From the NCBI GenBank assembly GCA_964607485.1, contig CAZSKP010000015.1, positions 32,001 through 96,000 on the forward strand: 64,000 bases of DNA, given 5' to 3'. This DNA is from an uncultured bacterium. Its GTDB lineage: Bacteria > Abyssobacteria > SURF-5. The position numbers and the translations under genes are program-made. The notes under the pieces are model-generated. The model was given only the letters and a program-made list of their open reading frames with translations. It ran no database searches and had not been told where the DNA came from. This document shows positions 8,094 to 17,733 of this stretch, in pieces; the stretch's first letter is position 1, and the number at the start of each line of letters is the position of its first letter.

Positions 8094-11000
8094 CTATCGG
8101 GAGTTGGCATTGGCGTGAGCGCTGAACCAGACGGAACCCTCTCCCATCAGCGCTTCGATCTGCTGCTTGGCCCGGGCGTCGGGCTTGAGGCCTTTGCCGG
8201 AAGAGGACTCTACTATTACGACGTGGTGGTCGGGGGTGACGCAGTGGATGAATAGCTTGCAGACGCCCTCGTTTGCGGCAACTATGCCGGACAGTTCCTC
8301 GAGCGTTTTCTCCTCCATCCCTGCCGTCATGAATTTAACGTGGGCGGTGCGGGCAAACTGCTCCTCCGCTTTTTCGATCGGCACGACATCCTCGGCTATG
8401 ACCTTCGCTTCCCTGTCCTTGTAGCTTATGCGTCCCGAGATCATGATCAGTGAATCTTCGTAGAGCAGCATGGAGGTTCGGCTGAACAAGTCGGAGAACA
8501 CGAGCACCTCAAAAAAACCGTCCATGTCCTCCACCGTGACAAAAGCCATGCGCTCCTGCTTTCGCTTGGGCACATACGTCTTGATTTTCGAGACTATTCC
8601 GCCCACGACGACGGCATCGCCGTCCTTCGAACTCTGAAGGTTCGCCGAGCCCATCGTGGTGAGGGCGCGCAGCCTGTCGGCATGTTTGGCGAGGGGATGG
8701 CCCGTAATGAAAAGGCCGAGCACTTCTTTCTCATACTTGAGCTGTTTGAAATCGGGCCAGTCCTCGACGTCGGGATAGCGGACCGGCCCGAGCGATTCCT
8801 CGCCGCCGCCGACCATGTCGAACAGATGTGCCTGCCCCATCTCCCTGTCGCGCTGCGTCGCCTGTCCCTGTTCCAACGCCATGTCGATGGCGCCGAAGAG
8901 CTGGCTCCTCTTGGCTCCCACCGTATCGAAAGCTCCACACTTGACCAGACTCTCGACCACGCGTTTGTTGATGAGCCGGCTGTCGACTCGCGCGCAGAAA
9001 TCGAAGAGCGACTTGAAGTGGCCCTCGTTCTCACGGTCCTCGATAATGGCTTTGATCGCGTTTTCGCCCACGTTCTTGACTGCCGCGAGACCGAAGCGGA
9101 TTTCGCCCTCGGCCGCCGTGAACCTCAAGTCGCTCAGGTTGACGTCGGGCGGGAGCACGGAGATGTTCATCCTGCGGCATTCCTCGATGTAGGTGGCGAG
9201 CTTGGGGGTGTTGCCCATCTCGCTGCTCAGCAACGAAGCCATGTATTCGAGGGGATAGTTGGCTTTCAGATAGGCTGTTTGATATGCGATCAGCGCGTAA
9301 GCCGCGCTGTGTGACTTATTGAACCCGTAGCCGGCGAACTGCGCCATCTTCTTGTAGATTTGCTCTGCGGTTTTAGCGGGGATGCCGTTCTTGGCGGCTC
9401 CCTTGATGAAGGCCTCGCGGTTGCGCTCCATGACCGCCGGAATCTTTTTTCCCATCGCCTTGCGCAGAATGTCGGCCTCGCTGAGCGAGAAGCCTCCCAG
9501 CTCGCTTGCAATCTTCATGACCTGCTCTTGATAGAGCATGACGCCGTAGGTTTCCTTGAGTATCGGCTCCTGCTCGGGTGTGTCGTAGTCGATCTCCGTC
9601 TCGCCGTGTTTGCGCTTGATGTAGTCGGGCAGCATGTGCATGGGGCCGGGCCGAAACAGCGCGACCACTGCGACGAGGTCGTCGAAACTGTCGATGCCGA
9701 CTTTGCGCGCGAGATCGCGCATGCCCGCGCTTTCAAGCTGGAACACGCCGAAGGTCTGCGCGTTGTTGAGAAGCGCGAACGTGTTCGGGTCGTCGAGGGG
9801 AATTTTGTCGATATCGACCTCTTCGCCTCGCAGGCGCTTTATCATCTGCAGCGTCTGGTCGATTACGGTGAGCGTCTTGAGGCCCAGGAAATCCATCTTC
9901 AGCAGGCCTATTTCTTCGAGGTTCGTCATCGAGTACTGCGTGGTGACGTCGCCCGTGTTGCTCTGATAGAGAGGAACGAACTCGTATATCGGTTTTGGCG
10001 AGATGACCACTCCCGCCGCGTGAGTAGACGCGTGTCGCGAGATTCCCTCGAGCGACTGCGCTATGTCGAGCAGTTGACTCACGTCGTCATCCTGCTTGAT
10101 GTTTTCCTGAAGTTCAGGCACGCGCGCGATGGCGTCTTTGAGCGTTATGTTCAGCTCGTTGGGCACGAGTTTCGCTATCTCATCGACCCTTCCGTAGGGG
10201 AGGCCGAGGGCGCGGCCTACGTCCCGAATGGCCGCCTTCGCCGCCATGGTGCCGAAGGTTATTATCTGCGCCACGTTGTCCTTGTGGTACTTCTCGACGA
10301 CGTAGTCTATGATTTCTCCACGACGCTCGTAACAGAAGTCGATGTCGATGTCAGGCAATGAGATTCGTTCCGGGTTGAGGAATCGCTCGAACAGAAGCCC
10401 GTGTTTGAGCGGGTCGAGGTTCGTTATCCTCAGCAGATATGCCACCAGGCTGCCCGCTGCGGAGCCTCGTCCCGGCCCCACGGGAATGTCCCGCGACCGC
10501 GCGAACCTGACGAAATCGGAGACAATGAGGAAATAGCCGGAGTAGCCCATCTTAAAGATGACGTCCAGCTCTATTTCGAGCCGCTCACGGATTTCGGCCG
10601 ACGCCTCCGCATACCGTTGCTTCAGGCCGTCTTCGCAGAGTTTGCGGAGGTAACTGTCGGGGGTGTAGCTTTCGGGCACGTCGAAGTGGGGCAACTGCGG
10701 CGCGGCCTCTCTGGGCTGGTAGTTGCAGCGCTCGGCTACCTGGAGGGTATTCTGCACGGCCTCGGGTATCTCTTTGAACAGGGCCGCCATCTGCTCGGGC
10801 GTCTTCAGATAAAATTCCTGCGAACCGAAGCGAAGCCGGTTCGGGTCTTTTATCGTCGTATTCGTCTGGATGCACATGAGGACATCCTGCGCGAGAGAGT
10901 CATCTTTGTCCACGTAATGAACGACGTTCGTGGCGACGAGTCCCGCGCCGGAGAGGCGCGCCAGCTCCATCATCGCCGGGATGACGCGTTTCTGGTCTTT

Positions 11001-11549
11001 CAGGCCGTTGTCCTGCACCTCGAGAAAATAGTTCTCGGGCCCGAACATCTCCTGGCAGGACTTCACTGCTGCCAGCGCCTTTTCCTTCCTCCCGTGCAGC
11101 AGCAGATTGGCCGGCTCTCCCTCGAGGCATCCGCTGAGGGCGACAAGTCCTTCGCAGTGGTCGCGGAGGATTTTCTTGTCTATGCGAGGTTTGTAGTATA
11201 ATCCCTCCCGGTAACTGACGGAGGACAGGTACATGAGATTCTTGTAGCCTGTTTCGTCTTTTACGAGAAGGGTAAGGTGATGATAGTCTCTGGTTTTCTC
11301 CGAAGACTTACGGTCGAACCGGCTGCCTTTCGCCACGTACATTTCCGAGCCGACAATCGGCTTGACGCCGCGCTTTCTCGCGGCGTTGCAGAAATCGATT
11401 ACGCCGAACATGTTGCCGTGATCGGTGATGGCGATTGCGGGCATCTTGTACTCGGAGGCGCGGTCGAGCAGTCTTCCGATCATGCATGCGCCGTCGAGCA
11501 GGCTGTACTCGGTGTGAACGTGCAGATGTACGAAATCAGCGTGTTTCAA
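8094..11549 (-). CDS. dnaE: DNA polymerase III alpha subunit
   Basis: HLHVHTEYSLLDG PHP domain, GRGSAAGS, PDIDID, GFNKSH and C-terminal OB fold. Confidence 0.98.
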   Translation of the reverse strand: MKHADFVHLHVHTEYSLLDGACMIGRLLDRASEYKMPAIAITDHGNMFGVIDFCNAARKRGVKPIVGSEMYVAKGSRFDRKSSEKTRDYHHLTLLVKDETGYKNLMYLSSVSYREGLYYKPRIDKKILRDHCEGLVALSGCLEGEPANLLLHGRKEKALAAVKSCQEMFGPENYFLEVQDNGLKDQKRVIPAMMELARLSGAGLVATNVVHYVDKDDSLAQDVLMCIQTNTTIKDPNRLRFGSQEFYLKTPEQMAALFKEIPEAVQNTLQVAERCNYQPREAAPQLPHFDVPESYTPDSYLRKLCEDGLKQRYAEASAEIRERLEIELDVIFKMGYSGYFLIVSDFVRFARSRDIPVGPGRGSAAGSLVAYLLRITNLDPLKHGLLFERFLNPERISLPDIDIDFCYERRGEIIDYVVEKYHKDNVAQIITFGTMAAKAAIRDVGRALGLPYGRVDEIAKLVPNELNITLKDAIARVPELQENIKQDDDVSQLLDIAQSLEGISRHASTHAAGVVISPKPIYEFVPLYQSNTGDVTTQYSMTNLEEIGLLKMDFLGLKTLTVIDQTLQMIKRLRGEEVDIDKIPLDDPNTFALLNNAQTFGVFQLESAGMRDLARKVGIDSFDDLVAVVALFRPGPMHMLPDYIKRKHGETEIDYDTPEQEPILKETYGVMLYQEQVMKIASELGGFSLSEADILRKAMGKKIPAVMERNREAFIKGAAKNGIPAKTAEQIYKKMAQFAGYGFNKSHSAAYALIAYQTAYLKANYPLEYMASLLSSEMGNTPKLATYIEECRRMNISVLPPDVNLSDLRFTAAEGEIRFGLAAVKNVGENAIKAIIEDRENEGHFKSLFDFCARVDSRLINKRVVESLVKCGAFDTVGAKRSQLFGAIDMALEQGQATQRDREMGQAHLFDMVGGGEESLGPVRYPDVEDWPDFKQLKYEKEVLGLFITGHPLAKHADRLRALTTMGSANLQSSKDGDAVVVGGIVSKIKTYVPKRKQERMAFVTVEDMDGFFEVLVFSDLFSRTSMLLYEDSLIMISGRISYKDREAKVIAEDVVPIEKAEEQFARTAHVKFMTAGMEEKTLEELSGIVAANEGVCKLFIHCVTPDHHVVIVESSSGKGLKPDARAKQQIEALMGEGSVWFSAHANANSR

Positions 11550-11610
11550 CGTGCTTCCGCCTCCCCTTGGAAAAGATGATTTATGATGAGCTGAAGACTG
11601 GGCCGCGCTT

Positions 11611-12084
11611 TCAGCGCTTTAGCGTCTGTATCAGAAGCTCCAGGGCAGCCTCCGCAGACTGTCTCTTCACCTGGAGCCTTGTGCCTTTGAAATTGTATTT
11701 TTTCGCGCGAACCGACCCGTCCGGAGCGCAGACGGCGATGTACACGAGGCCGACGGGCTTTTTCGGACCGCCGCCGGTGGGTCCTGCTATGCCCGTCACG
11801 CCGAGGCCGACGCTTGCCCCGGCCGCCTTCTTTGCTCCCGCGGCCATCGAGCAGGCGACCGGTCGGCTCACGGCTCCATGTTTCCTTATCAGCCCCGCTC
11901 TCACTCCAAGCAGCTCAGTCTTCGAGCGGTTGCTGTAAGCGACGAACCCGCGCTCGAAGTAGTTCGAGCTTCCCGACACGTTCGTTATTCGGTGCGCAAC
12001 GAGGCCGCCCGTGCACGATTCGGCCACTGCGAGTGTGAGACCGAGTCGGGTGAGCAGGGCGCCCAGTTCGTGTTCCGGCTTCAT
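11611..12084 (-). CDS. pncC: CinA C-terminal domain protein / NMN amidohydrolase
   Basis: AESCTGG, HGAVS and TGIAGPTGG motifs; no N-terminal CinA domain. Confidence 0.88.
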   Translation of the reverse strand: MKPEHELGALLTRLGLTLAVAESCTGGLVAHRITNVSGSSNYFERGFVAYSNRSKTELLGVRAGLIRKHGAVSRPVACSMAAGAKKAAGASVGLGVTGIAGPTGGGPKKPVGLVYIAVCAPDGSVRAKKYNFKGTRLQVKRQSAEAALELLIQTLKR

Positions 12085-12108
12085 AAGCGGCGGCCCCGGA
12101 GAAAATGG

Positions 12109-12591
12109 TCAAAAGATCAGCATAATCAGACGAAACGCAAGGTTAGCGTAAATGCCCGCGACAACGTCGTCCGCCATGATTCCGATCCCGCCCGGCAGCC
12201 GTTCGGATTGACGGGCCGGAAACGGCTTGAAAATGTCGAAGACCCTGTAGAGGACAAACACCGCGGCGACGGAACTCCACGTCATCGGAAGCCACAGAAA
12301 CGCGACGAGCATCCCTACGAATTCATCTATCGTTACTTCGGACGGGTCTTTTCGGCCGAGTATCGTTGCGGCCCGAGAGGAACCCGCCGTGCCGAGCGCG
12401 AGCAAGATGAGAGCAAGCAGCAAGAGGAGCGTCGGCCTGTGATTGAGCCACAGCGCGACAACTATGGCCGGCAGGCTCCCGACTGTTCCGGAAGCCACCG
12501 GCGAATAGCCCAGGAACAGAACGGAGGCAAAACCTAATGCCACACTGTCCCCCCGTCCTCGATTCACCACTGCGGAAGTTCGTTCGTCCAT
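12109..12591 (-). CDS. pgpA: Phosphatidylglycerophosphatase A
   Basis: SGTVGS, DPSEVTIDEFVG, FDIFKPFP and GIMADD motifs. Confidence 0.93.
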   Translation of the reverse strand: MDERTSAVVNRGRGDSVALGFASVLFLGYSPVASGTVGSLPAIVVALWLNHRPTLLLLLALILLALGTAGSSRAATILGRKDPSEVTIDEFVGMLVAFLWLPMTWSSVAAVFVLYRVFDIFKPFPARQSERLPGGIGIMADDVVAGIYANLAFRLIMLIF

Positions 12592-12611
12592 GTATTATCG
12601 TCCTATCCGGC

Positions 12612-13232
12612 TTACGCTGCCGTGGCTGGCGCTCTAAGCGATTCCCAGAAGAGGTGCCTGTTTGCGCGCAGGTAATTGTAGCCCGAGATGACCGTCATGA
12701 TGAGAGTGATGAGAACGAGCACATGTATTCCTATTTGCGCCCAATCCTTGATCGATTCCCAGTATGAAACCGCCGGCAGTTTCTCCGACAATTTGTGGTA
12801 AACCAGAACGTTCAAAATAGCGATGATCACCGTCAACTGGCTTATCGTCTTCAGCTTGCCCGCCTTGTCGGCCGCGACTATCTTTCCCTTCGATGCGGCC
12901 AGCATCCTGATGCCCGAAACGGCGAATTCGCGCGCGATGATAATCGTGACTATCCACGCGGGTATGTACGGGTACGAGCCGACGAAGTAGATGAACGCGG
13001 CGGAGATGAGGATCTTGTCCGCCAACGGGTCCATCAGGCGGCCGAAATCGGTCTCCAGCGAGCGCTCTCGCGCAATCTTGCCGTCATAGTAGTCGGTGAT
13101 CGCGGCGACGACGAATGTGACGAGCGCAAGCGTGTGCGAATAGATGCTTTCCACTGACAAGAACGCGAGGAACAGCGGAACGAGCCCTATTCGTATCAAC
13201 GTGAGTTTGTTCGGAAGATTGATGGAGCTCAT
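12612..13232 (-). CDS. pgsA: CDP-diacylglycerol--glycerol-3-phosphate 3-phosphatidyltransferase
   Basis: NLPNKLTLIR and DYYDGKIAR..FGRLMDPLADK CDP-alcohol phosphotransferase motif. Confidence 0.95.
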   Translation of the reverse strand: MSSINLPNKLTLIRIGLVPLFLAFLSVESIYSHTLALVTFVVAAITDYYDGKIARERSLETDFGRLMDPLADKILISAAFIYFVGSYPYIPAWIVTIIIAREFAVSGIRMLAASKGKIVAADKAGKLKTISQLTVIIAILNVLVYHKLSEKLPAVSYWESIKDWAQIGIHVLVLITLIMTVISGYNYLRANRHLFWESLRAPATAA

Positions 13233-14560
13233 AGCGGTCTCCCTTCAAGCTCATAGTCGTGCGCTTCGGTTATCCTGACTTGAATGAATTCGCCGATGGG
13301 AGGGGACCCACTGTATGATATCCGGATAAGCCCATCGACTTCGGGGGCGTCGCGATACGTTCGCCCAACAAGTGTATTCGACGCGGAATCATCCATGCCC
13401 TCGACCAGGACCTCCATTTTCTTCCCGACGAGCGACTGGTTCAACTTCCGCGACAACATCGACTGTTCCCGCATCAAGGCCTCGTATCTCTCTTCCTTGA
13501 CCTCTTCGGGCACCTGCTTCCGCAGGCGTGCGGCAGGGGTGCCGGCCTCGCGCGAATATTTGAACACGCCCAGCCTGTCGAACTTCGTTTCCTGCACGAA
13601 CCTGAGCAGCTTCTCAAAATGCTTGTCGGTCTCGCCCGGAAACCCGACCATGAGCGTCGTCCGAAGGGAGAGGTCGGGAATCTCGTCTCGCAGTGTGTCG
13701 ACCGCCCTGCGGATGTCGTCGGACGTGCCTTTGCGTCCCATCGCTTTCAAGACGCTGTCGCATATGTGCTGGACGGGCATGTCGAGATAATGGCACACCG
13801 AACGCGAGTCGTAGATGGCTCGCGCCACCGCGTTTGTGATTCGGGCCGGATGCGCATACAGCAGCCGCAGCCATTTCTTCGCCCTGATTCTGTCCAGCTC
13901 TCGCAGAAGGTGTGTGAGTTGTTCTTCCCCGGCCTCGGGCACACCGAAGTAGGTCGTATCCTGCGCGATCAGGTTTATCTCTTTGGTGCCTTGATTGACC
14001 AGATTCCGAACCTCCTTGACGACCGAATCGGTCGAGCGGCTCCGGTAACGTCCCCGGATGTTGGGGATGGCGCAGTAGCCGCACCTGTTGTCGCAGCCCT
14101 CGGCGATTTTTACGTACACCGACGTGACTCCGTCCAGGAGCGCACGGGGCGTCGTGTGGTCGTAAAGATATTCGGGCGCTCCGACCGCGGAGAATTTTGC
14201 TCCTTCGAGAGTATTGCGGCACGCATCGGCGATTTTCGTCAGCTCACCGCATCCCACGAAGGCGTCAACTTCGGGCATCTCCTTTGAGAGGTCTTCTCCA
14301 TAGCGCTGGTAGAGGCAGCCGGCGACTATCAACCCTCTGCACGAGCCCGCCTCCTTCATGCTGACCATCTCCAGTATGGACTCGATGGATTCCTCCGCGG
14401 CGGGCTCGATGAACCCGCAGGTGTTAACGATTATCAGGTCGGCCTGCTGAGAGTTCGCGGCGACGCTGAATCCCTCGGCCACCAGAAAACCGAGCATAAC
14501 CTCGGAGTCCACCTGGTTCTTCGCACATCCGAGGGTCTCTATCCATATTTTTTGTGACAA
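13229..14560 (-). CDS. rimO: Ribosomal protein S12 methylthiotransferase
   Basis: LGCAKNQVDSE, NTCGFI, EGCDNRCGYCAIP and DAPEVDG TRAM domain; TTG start at 14560 preferred. Confidence 0.93.
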   Translation of the reverse strand: MSQKIWIETLGCAKNQVDSEVMLGFLVAEGFSVAANSQQADLIIVNTCGFIEPAAEESIESILEMVSMKEAGSCRGLIVAGCLYQRYGEDLSKEMPEVDAFVGCGELTKIADACRNTLEGAKFSAVGAPEYLYDHTTPRALLDGVTSVYVKIAEGCDNRCGYCAIPNIRGRYRSRSTDSVVKEVRNLVNQGTKEINLIAQDTTYFGVPEAGEEQLTHLLRELDRIRAKKWLRLLYAHPARITNAVARAIYDSRSVCHYLDMPVQHICDSVLKAMGRKGTSDDIRRAVDTLRDEIPDLSLRTTLMVGFPGETDKHFEKLLRFVQETKFDRLGVFKYSREAGTPAARLRKQVPEEVKEERYEALMREQSMLSRKLNQSLVGKKMEVLVEGMDDSASNTLVGRTYRDAPEVDGLIRISYSGSPPIGEFIQVRITEAHDYELEGRPL

Positions 14561-14715
14561 GGCTGCATCAACTCGCAGTAAGGGGTGGTCTGTTTCTTTA
14601 TACAACTATAACCACGGCATGAAAATAATTCAATAGGAATCTGATGCGGACTGAAGCGGTTCGGCTGCGCTATTGGGTTGTGTTCGACCGGTTCCGGTGA
14701 GAAAACCGTATCGGC

Positions 14716-17028
14716 CTAATCTCGATAGGCGCCGCGGGTGCGCAGGTAATCTTGCGCGACGAGTATCTCTCTCGCCTGACTGCCCTGAGACGGGCCCACG
14801 ATGCCGTCGAGCTCCATCATGTCTATCAACCGTGCGGCCCGGGCGTAGCCGACGCGGAGTCGCCGCTGTATCATCGAGATGGACGCCTGCTGTGTGTTGA
14901 GAACGAGCCGCACGGCGTCCTCGTAGAGCGGGTCGTCGTGGTCGTCGGTCGCTCTTGAATGACTGCTGACCACCTCGTCGAGCGCTTCCCGTTCCGGGTC
15001 GAGGTATTCGGCCTCTCGTTGGGCCGTCAGGAACTCCACGATGCGGTTTATCTCGTGGTCCGTGATGTACACGCCCTGCGCCCTGATGGGCTTGGACAGG
15101 CCGGCAGGCAAGTACAGGAGGTCGCCGTTGCCTATCAGCTTCTCCGCGCCGTTCATGTCCAGAACCGTCCGCGAATCGACCCGCGAGGACACCTGGAACG
15201 AGATGCGCGCCGGGAAGTTGGCCTTGATGACTCCCGTGATGACATCCACCGAGGGCCGCTGCGTAGCGAGCACGAGATGGATGCCGACCGCCCTCGCCAA
15301 CTGTGCCAGCCGCATGATCGCGTCTTCCACCTCTATCGATGCCACCATCATCAGGTCGGCCAGTTCGTCTATGACGGTCACGATGTAAGGCAGCGGCTGA
15401 AGGAGCTGTTCTCCGAGAAACTCGCTCGAACCCAGCGGGGGAGAGACACCGCCGCTCACCTTCTGGTTGTACGATTCTATATTGCGGGCGCCCGCGCGAG
15501 CGAGCGTCTTGTAGCGGTCCTCCATCTCGTTGACGAGCCAGTGAAGATACTTTCCCGCCTCCTTCGGGTCGGTGATGACGGGCCAGAGCAGGTGCGGGAT
15601 TCCGTTATACGGGCTGAGCTCGACCACTTTCGGGTCTATCATCATGAAGCGTACTTCCTCGGGTGTGCAATTGTAGAGGATGCTGGCGATGAGGGAGTTG
15701 ACGCAGACCGTCTTGCCCGACCCGGTCGCGCCTGCGATGAGCAGGTGCGGCATGCCGGCCAGGTCGGCCACGAGCGGGTCGCCGGTGATCGTCTTCCCGA
15801 GCGAAATCGTGAGCTTCGAGCGCGAGTTGTGGAACTGCTCCGAGTCTATCACCTCGCGCAGGCACACGTCATCGCGCACCTTGTTGGGAACCTCGATGCC
15901 GACCGCGGCCTTGCCGGGAATGGGCGCCTCGATTCGCACGCGGTAGGCCTCGAGTGCGAGCGCGAGGTCGTCGGACAGCGCGAGTATCTTGTTCACCTTG
16001 ATCCCGGGCGCCAGCTTGAGCTCGAAGCGGGTGACGGCCGGGCCGCAGCTTATCTCCACCACCTGCGCCTCGATTCCAAACGTGGCAAGCGTGGATTCGA
16101 GCAGTTCGGACATTTCCGCGAGCGCTTGGCGGCGGTTCCTGTCGTTGCTGGCTTTCGGAGGATCGAGCAGCGACACCGGCGGCAGCTCGAATTCGCCCGC
16201 AGAGCGTCGGGGCGATTTGCTGACTTTCGCGCGGGCCGACGTTCGGCTTTTCAAGAGCTTCTTCGCAATGCTCGTTACCGGCTTCGCTCGTTTCGGCTCA
16301 TTGATCTTGACTTCCTCGCGCTGGAGACCCTCCTGTGCAGCCGCGTCGCCTCTCTTTATGACGTATTCCCCCTTCTTGGTCATCTTCGGCGGCTTCTTCT
16401 TCAGCGCGATTGACAGGCCGCCGGGCAGTTTGGCATTGCCCGTGATGCCTTCATAGGCGAATCGGCCGACCTTCATAAGCATGGTAACCGACACCGCCCC
16501 CGCGATGGCCGCGAACGAAAAGAAGAGGAATTCGGTTGTAAGCAGAATGGATATCATGAAGAAGGTGAAGGCTACGACGCGGGCGCCTATCAGGCCGAAC
16601 AGCCCCGCGAGGGCGTCGGAAACGTAGGGACCCATGACGCCCCCCGCGCTGAAGTAGCTCCCGGCGACCGTGAAATCGAACATGTGGGCGAGGCCGCTGA
16701 CCGAAAGCAGCATCGTCACTAAGCCTATCAGCTTGAGGTAGATATCCTTGCCGGTCTTGCCCCAGAACGTGTTCCATGCCCATACCAGGAGGACGAGCGG
16801 AAGCAGATAGGCCGCTATTCCCACCGAGAACAACAGGCCCTCGGCCACGTTCGCGCCGACGACGCCGATCATGTTTTGCGCGGGCATATTGGGCGCGGAG
16901 GTGCGTGCGGACGTGTCCAGCGGGTTATACGACGCCAGACTCAGAAAGATCATTAACGCGAGACAGAGCAGCAGGAACCCCAATATCTCGCTTTTCAGGT
17001 TCGTCCTCAGCTTGGCCAGCGTTTGCAT
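14716..17028 (-). CDS. ftsK: DNA translocase FtsK
   Basis: N-terminal TM segments, GATGSGKT Walker A, IDELADLM, ATQRPS and C-terminal gamma domain (RVGYARAARL). Confidence 0.96.
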   Translation of the reverse strand: MQTLAKLRTNLKSEILGFLLLCLALMIFLSLASYNPLDTSARTSAPNMPAQNMIGVVGANVAEGLLFSVGIAAYLLPLVLLVWAWNTFWGKTGKDIYLKLIGLVTMLLSVSGLAHMFDFTVAGSYFSAGGVMGPYVSDALAGLFGLIGARVVAFTFFMISILLTTEFLFFSFAAIAGAVSVTMLMKVGRFAYEGITGNAKLPGGLSIALKKKPPKMTKKGEYVIKRGDAAAQEGLQREEVKINEPKRAKPVTSIAKKLLKSRTSARAKVSKSPRRSAGEFELPPVSLLDPPKASNDRNRRQALAEMSELLESTLATFGIEAQVVEISCGPAVTRFELKLAPGIKVNKILALSDDLALALEAYRVRIEAPIPGKAAVGIEVPNKVRDDVCLREVIDSEQFHNSRSKLTISLGKTITGDPLVADLAGMPHLLIAGATGSGKTVCVNSLIASILYNCTPEEVRFMMIDPKVVELSPYNGIPHLLWPVITDPKEAGKYLHWLVNEMEDRYKTLARAGARNIESYNQKVSGGVSPPLGSSEFLGEQLLQPLPYIVTVIDELADLMMVASIEVEDAIMRLAQLARAVGIHLVLATQRPSVDVITGVIKANFPARISFQVSSRVDSRTVLDMNGAEKLIGNGDLLYLPAGLSKPIRAQGVYITDHEINRIVEFLTAQREAEYLDPEREALDEVVSSHSRATDDHDDPLYEDAVRLVLNTQQASISMIQRRLRVGYARAARLIDMMELDGIVGPSQGSQAREILVAQDYLRTRGAYRD

Positions 17029-17080
17029 GCGCCGATCACCCCTTTTTCACGCGTCCGTACCGGATTTCGTACTAGGAAAC

Positions 17081-17110
17081 ATAATAGCACAATATAATGA
17101 GGTATGTCAA
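17081..17110 (-). promoter_or_regulatory. Putative sigma70 promoter for ftsK
   Basis: TTGACA-N18-TATTAT with an extended TG on the minus strand. Confidence 0.5.
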
Positions 17111-17160
17111 GGGAAATGGGCGCTAAAATGCGACATCTTGCGGTGTCAAGAGGCAGACCG

Positions 17161-17604
17161 TCAGACGCCCGTGTGGCCGAAGCCGCCGGGACCGCGGGGG
17201 GTGGGGTCGAGGTCGGATGTCTCCTCGAGGGCGACCGGGGCGACGGGGGCTATTATCAACTGCGCGATGCGGTCGCCGCGCTTGAGCGTGACCGGCTCGC
17301 GGCCGAGGTTGACGAGAATGACCTTGAGCTCGCCCCGGTAATCGGCGTCGATTGTGCCGGGCGCGTTGATAATGGTGAGTCCGTGGTTGGCCGCCAGCCC
17401 GCTCCGGGGACGCACCTGGCCTTCATAGCCGGGCGGGATGGCGAAGGCGAAGCCGGTCGGGACGAGCCCGGTCGAGCCGGGGGATATGCTGAGCGGCCCG
17501 TCGAGCGCCGCCATGAGGTCCAGCCCGGAGCTGTGTTCGCTCATCTTCTTCGGGAGCGGCAGGTCGGGATTATGCGGAAGTCGTTTTATTTTGACGGTAA
17601 CCAT
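17161..17604 (-). CDS. dut: dUTP pyrophosphatase
   Basis: [26 protein letters not shown] and [10 protein letters not shown] motifs. Confidence 0.96.
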   Translation of the reverse strand: MVTVKIKRLPHNPDLPLPKKMSEHSSGLDLMAALDGPLSISPGSTGLVPTGFAFAIPPGYEGQVRPRSGLAANHGLTIINAPGTIDADYRGELKVILVNLGREPVTLKRGDRIAQLIIAPVAPVALEETSDLDPTPRGPGGFGHTGV

Positions 17605-17733
17605 GTCCGCAAAATTGGGTTAAAAGGGGAAAAGGGGAAAAACAACGACTCCGCAACTGAACATCATGAATCCCGAACTCTAAACCCTAAATCAATATCC
17701 CCTTTCGCCCTTCGCCTTGCTCCTTTCGCCTTT

